The notes beneath the pieces were generated by a model, which worked only from the letters and a program-made list of their open reading frames with translations, ran no database searches and was not told the origin of the DNA. A stretch of 64,000 nt of DNA, taken from assembly GCA_041984235.1 (NCBI GenBank), contig JBHIYN010000005.1, positions 195,083 to 259,082 on the forward strand, in the 5' to 3' direction. Source of the stretch: Gammaproteobacteria bacterium. Its GTDB lineage: Bacteria > Pseudomonadota > Gammaproteobacteria > Ga0077536. A program made the position numbers and the translations under genes. Below are positions 62,371 through 64,000 of the stretch, in pieces. Within the stretch, counting starts at the first letter, position 1, and every line of letters begins with the position of its first letter.

Positions 62371-63894
62371 ATGATCGATCCCCTCACCCTGCGCCGGGCG
62401 CTGGCGCTGCTGCTGGCCGTGCTCGCGGGCTGCAGCACGGCGCCGCGCCTGCCGCTGCCCGCGGACGCAGGGTTCGAGGCCTGTCACGCCCGTTTCTCCG
62501 CCAGCGATCGTGCCATCGCCGCGGCCACGGTCCGCGATGCCGGGGCGGCGCGCATCCCGGGCGCGCCGTTCCTGCGCGTCGATCGCTTCCTCGCGGCACG
62601 CGCCGCGGAGGTGCAGGACGCGGCGCAGCGCAGCGCGTGGCTGACGCGGGCCGCGGCGCTCGACGCCACCGCCCGCGCCGGCGAGCTGGCCCGCCTCGGC
62701 GCCGCTGCCGGTGAGCGCGAGGCGCTGAACGCCTGCCGCTCACGGCTGGTCGCGGCACTTGCCGCGGACGACGCGGCCTGGGACGCGCTGCGCGCGCGGA
62801 TCGCGGTGCCGGACGCCTACGCCACCTGGCAGCGGGTGCTCGGTCTCTACCCGCTCAGCGCACGCCTCGTACTCGCCGGCGTGCGCCGCCTGCAGGCGCG
62901 GGAGACGGTCTCCGCCGTGCCACCGGACGCGGCCGCCGTCCGCAGCTACGCGCTGCCGCGCCCGGTCACGCCCGGCGTAGCGCTGCCCGCGCGCGACGCG
63001 CTGGGCATGGCCGTACCCGGAACACCGGCCCTGGCGGCGCTGTTCGCCCGGCACGCACCGCAATTCCACGTCGCCACGGCGAGTGCCGCCGATCACATTG
63101 GCCGCGTCGGCTTCGACGGCGCTGGCGCGCCAACGGTCGACCCTGCCGTGCCCACCGTCTACACCGCGCTGTCGCATACCCGCTTCGAGGGCGAGACCCT
63201 GCTGCAGCTCAGCTACTCGGTGTGGTTCCCGGCGCGCCCGCGCCGCCACCCGCTGGACCTGCTCGGCGGCGAGCTCGACGCCGTGACCTGGCGCGTCACG
63301 CTGGACCGCGACGGCGAGCCGCTGGCCTACGACACCATGCACAACTGCGGCTGTTACCACATGTTCTTCCCCGGACCGCGGCTCGCCGCGCGACCGCCCG
63401 CGGATGCGCTGGAGGAGCCGCCCTGGATCCCGTTCACCCTCGCCGTCGACGGCAGCGCGCCGCCCGCGATCCATCTCGCCGCGGGCACACACTACGTGAC
63501 GGCCGTGGTCGCCGGCGCCGACGCGCCTGCCGGGCAGGTCCTCAGGTCGGTGCCGCTATCCGAACTGCGGCAGCTGCCGCTGTCGGGCGGCACGGTCACC
63601 AGTCTCTACGACGAACGCGGGCTGGTGCCGGCCAGCCGACGCCTGGAACGTTTCGTGCTGTGGCCCATGGGCATTGCCTCGGCCGGCGCCATGCGCCAGT
63701 GGGGCCACCATGCCACGGCCTTCGTCGGTCGCCGCCATTTCGACGACCCCGACCTGCTGCAGCGTTACTTCAGGCGCCGCCCGGTAACGCCTCAGGGTCC
63801 GAGTACGCCGTCGAAGAGATCGAGCGTGAACGGCAGCACGCCGTCGGCGACCGGTGCCTCCTCCGCCGCGGCGGCCTCGATCGCGGCACCCTGA
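62371..63894 (+). CDS. large hypothetical lipoprotein
   Basis: From MIDPLTLRRALALLLAVLAGCSTAP (lipobox LAGC). Ala/Arg-rich, about 470-507 aa. The 3' end is uncertain because the last 100 nt overlap a minus-strand ORF. Confidence 0.55.
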   Translation: MIDPLTLRRALALLLAVLAGCSTAPRLPLPADAGFEACHARFSASDRAIAAATVRDAGAARIPGAPFLRVDRFLAARAAEVQDAAQRSAWLTRAAALDATARAGELARLGAAAGEREALNACRSRLVAALAADDAAWDALRARIAVPDAYATWQRVLGLYPLSARLVLAGVRRLQARETVSAVPPDAAAVRSYALPRPVTPGVALPARDALGMAVPGTPALAALFARHAPQFHVATASAADHIGRVGFDGAGAPTVDPAVPTVYTALSHTRFEGETLLQLSYSVWFPARPRRHPLDLLGGELDAVTWRVTLDRDGEPLAYDTMHNCGCYHMFFPGPRLAARPPADALEEPPWIPFTLAVDGSAPPAIHLAAGTHYVTAVVAGADAPAGQVLRSVPLSELRQLPLSGGTVTSLYDERGLVPASRRLERFVLWPMGIASAGAMRQWGHHATAFVGRRHFDDPDLLQRYFRRRPVTPQGPSTPSKRSSVNGSTPSATGASSAAAASIAAP

Positions 63895-64000
63895 CGCTCG
63901 AGCTTCGCGCGCAGGCGCGCATGCTGAGCACTCACCGAGTAGGGGTGGTAGCCCTCGCGCAGGCCACCGTCGATGCGCACACCGGACGGGGCAACGTTGC
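63792..64000 (-). CDS. 3' end of an unidentified minus-strand gene that continues beyond the window
   Basis: The open frame ...GYHPYSVSAQHARLRAKLERQGAAIEAAAAEEAPVADGVLPFTLDLFDGVLGP* ends at 63792 and is open to the window edge. Confidence 0.3.
   Translation of the reverse strand, partial: NVAPSGVRIDGGLREGYHPYSVSAQHARLRAKLERQGAAIEAAAAEEAPVADGVLPFTLDLFDGVLGP

Noticed and set aside
61249-63894. 881-aa plus-strand ORF
   Set aside because: The N-terminal 374 codons are antisense to the APH-like gene. A lipobox-bearing start (MIDPLTLRRALALLLAVLAGCS) at 62371 is the credible initiation site.

Overview
This is a high-GC proteobacterial chromosomal segment with gammaproteobacterial-type gene order. 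The first 17.8 kb is a conserved housekeeping backbone, almost all on the minus strand: dolP tail, sspB-sspA, petCBA (cytochrome bc1), degS-like protease, hisD-hisG-murA-ibaG-mlaC, gloA, purT, pdxB, and secF-secD-yajC-tgt-queA. A tRNA-Leu(CAA) at 17871-17957 marks the boundary. Its 3' end is repeated 1.3 kb downstream, which looks like an attL/attR-type scar.

From there to about 44 kb lies an accessory metal-homeostasis region:
- a CzcD-like CDF exporter;
- a small His-rich secreted protein followed by a cusCBA-like HME-RND operon, where CusB carries two cysteine-free copies of the CopA-type N-terminal metal-binding motif;
- a glutaredoxin-MauE fusion;
- pcoB and pcoA (multicopper oxidase) with a Cys-rich MerR regulator;
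- PPK2;
- a LolCDE-like ABC exporter whose ATPase carries a C-terminal YHS/TRASH metal-binding domain;
- ICMT, DUF2933, a copper P-type ATPase and CueR.

The distal part contains:
- an amidase and a PNPOx-like protein;
- a 1640-aa PEP-CTERM-type beta-helical surface protein, preceded by a 71-aa ORF, 11-bp-periodic direct repeats, and a 1057-aa STAND ATPase with a C-terminal OmpR-type wHTH plus BTAD (an inverted SARP architecture);
- an EthD/GST/triple-LLM-oxidoreductase cluster;
- several lipoproteins and an APH-like kinase.

Many long antisense ORFs in the six-frame track are GC-composition artefacts and were not called. The best candidates for an undescribed system are the STAND-SARP regulator / direct-repeat / PEP-CTERM giant-protein module and the YHS-fused LolCDE-like exporter embedded in the copper locus.
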